A program made the position numbers and the translations under genes. The notes beneath the pieces are model-generated. The model worked only from the letters and a program-made list of their open reading frames with translations, was not told the DNA's origin and made no database searches. 64,000 nt of DNA. It comes from Candidatus Harrisonbacteria bacterium CG10_big_fil_rev_8_21_14_0_10_49_15 (GTDB lineage Bacteria > Patescibacteriota > Minisyncoccia > UBA6257 > 1-14-0-10-44-23). The DNA lies in contig PFBD01000020.1 in assembly GCA_002773415.1 (NCBI GenBank), positions 25,667 to 89,666 on the forward strand, read 5' to 3'. Positions 63,912-64,000 of the stretch are shown one piece after another (the stretch's first letter is position 1; each line of letters opens with the position of its first letter).

Positions 63912-64000
63912 ATGGATGATGCAGAGATAATGATCAAAGACCTTGTCTGTGGCATGGAGATAGCTAAGGGCGGAGCGCCGTCTGCATCGCACATGGGAGA
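63912..64000 (+). CDS. Probable YHS-domain protein (runs off the window)
   Basis: MDDAEIMIKDLVCGMEI resembles the KDPVCGM YHS start. Confidence 0.55.
   Translation, partial: MDDAEIMIKDLVCGMEIAKGGAPSASHMG

Noticed and set aside
1-64000. Alternative genetic code (UGA=Gly), tRNA/rRNA genes, DGR or retron
   Set aside because: Conserved genes such as fusA and rplW end at TGA at the expected length. I recognised no tRNA cloverleaf, rRNA or reverse transcriptase by eye.

Overview
This 64 kb window looks like part of a Patescibacteria (CPR, Parcubacteria-like) chromosome using the standard genetic code. Evidence: no rpmD between rpsE and rplO, trimmed ribosomal proteins, and mostly SD-less, apparently leaderless housekeeping genes. 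It carries DNA repair genes (uvrA, uvrC, nfo, a UvrD-nuclease fusion, dinB), obg, typA, the str/S10/spc ribosomal cluster through secY, pgk, rnhA, RNase P RNA, a class F sortase with an adjacent repeat-rich substrate, DsbA/VKOR, an ABC exporter and one complete IS256-like element. Beneath these genes is a dense layer of short DNA elements. (1) Two 92-aa ArsR-like winged-helix genes are each bracketed by their own ~34-40 bp palindrome, and solo palindromes of the same size occur elsewhere, one in frame inside dus. This is a candidate undescribed palindrome-wHTH mini-cassette system. (2) Several families of REP-like hairpins are inserted in frame in conserved proteins and in RNase P RNA. (3) Inverted arrays of degenerate 7-9-mers sit at gene ends and are duplicated along the ribosomal operon. 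(4) A 276-bp structured MITE splits pspC. (5) GC-rich orphan genes with a promoter, strong SD and terminator are scattered among the SD-less host genes. All family assignments come from motif recognition only; no database search was run.
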